Positions 63,201 to 64,000 of a stretch of DNA of 64,000 nt are shown in pieces. The translations under genes and the position numbers were made by a program. Position 1 is the stretch's first letter. Every line of letters starts with the position of its first letter. The notes under the pieces are model-generated. The model saw only the letters and a program-made list of their open reading frames with translations. It was not told where the DNA came from and ran no database searches. The stretch is from a virus: positions 37,735-101,734 of IMG/VR virus record IMGVR_UViG_3300023179_006727. One strand, 5' to 3'.

Positions 63201-64000
63201 GCTGTAAGTAATGGTGGTAGTGGAAATACTCCACCTGCAGGATCTAATCAACAAATTCAGTTTAATAATAGTGGTGCATTTGGAGCTAGTGCTAATTTAA
63301 TTTATGATACATCAACTAATTATTTAACACTTATTGGTGGACTTAATACCAATACAATATCAGCTACGGGAAACATTGCAGTTGGTAATGCATCTCTAGG
63401 TAATTTAGCTATAGCTAATTTTTTCCAAGGTTCAGGCAACCGTTTATCAAATTTACAAGCAAGTAATATTACAGGAACAGTTGCTAATGCATCGTTTGCA
63501 TCTAATGCAGGATATGCTAATTTGGCTGCAAATGCAACTTACGCTGATACTGCTAACATATCTGAATATTCAAATATTGCTAATTCAGCGAATATTGCTA
63601 ATTTTGCCACTAATGCAAATACAGCAAACACAGCTAATATAGCTAATTCTACACCAAATGCTAATTTTGCAAATTATGCAAATGTTGCTAATTTTGTAGA
63701 TACTGTAATTAATGCTGCACAGCCAAATATTACATCAGTTGGTACATTGATTTCTTTAGCGGTATCAGGAAATGTAACTGCTGCTAATTTTATTGGTGTA
63801 TTGGCTAATGGAAATAGTAATGTAAGAATACCAAGTGCTAATGGCAATGTCAATATTAGTGCTGTAGGTAATTCTAATGTAGTAGTTATTACAGGAACAG
63901 GAATTAATGTTGCAGGCACTTTAAATAGTTCAGGTAATGCAAATGTTGCTAACATTGTATCAAATAATGCTACATTTACATTAGTAGGCGGTACTTTAAC
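60300..64000 (+). CDS. Long tail fibre / baseplate-attached fibre (runs off the right edge; missing from the ORF track)
   Basis: [31 protein letters not shown] is a gp9/gp10-like anchor. Then BNR/YCF48-like propeller repeats (VGxxGxI..S.DG..W), [11 protein letters not shown] and GANTQVQFN motifs, Asn/Ala-rich shaft. Same frame at window end. Confidence 0.85.
   Translation, partial: [1233 protein letters not shown]
61981..62136 (+). repeat. 72-bp tandem duplication within the fibre gene
   Basis: 68-bp exact match between 61996-62063 and 62068-62135 (unit [24 protein letters not shown]). Confidence 0.88.

Noticed and set aside
325-63955. Short antisense or nested ORFs in the track (e.g. 8636-8986, 24729-25115, 44766-44966, 61073-61441)
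   Set aside because: Shadows of longer genes with recognisable motifs.
1-64000. Stop-codon reassignment
   Set aside because: Genes are full length in code 11; reading through the TAG at 22443 meets further stops within a few codons.
1-64000. tRNA or rRNA genes
   Set aside because: No cloverleaf or T-loop signatures seen in the few intergenic gaps.

Overview
AT-rich segment of a large T4-like (myovirus) phage genome, about 95% coding in the standard code. The calls come from motif recognition and synteny; no database search was run. Minus strand 1-16.7 kb: baseplate module (large truncated structural gene, gp6-, gp25-, gp5-, gp27-, gp53- and gp48/54-like). Plus strand 16.8-22.4 kb: gp55-like late sigma factor split by a LAGLIDADG intein, gp47/gp46 (Mre11/Rad50) and an Hjc-type resolvase. 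Next come an ~800 bp structured non-coding locus and a minus-strand gp26-like gene plus small ORF joined by a textbook -1 frameshift signal. Divergently, on plus: tape measure with a GH73 domain, then portal, protease, scaffold and major capsid. A Hef-like endonuclease follows, flanked by a duplicated capsid-gene 3' end. Then a ~15 kb RCC1-repeat locus, a 10-gene glycan-tailoring island and a truncated tail-fibre gene. Strongest observations: (1) the two RCC1 ORFs joined across a one-base frameshift give 98 = 14 x 7 blades, which parse like nested brackets into propellers inside propellers; (2) a lambda-G/GT-like programmed frameshift in a T4-like gp26 locus; (3) a 77-bp capsid-terminus duplication around the endonuclease; (4) an intein in the late sigma factor; (5) a candidate ~350-nt ncRNA; (6) apparent CCAG/CTGG avoidance except within CCWGG.
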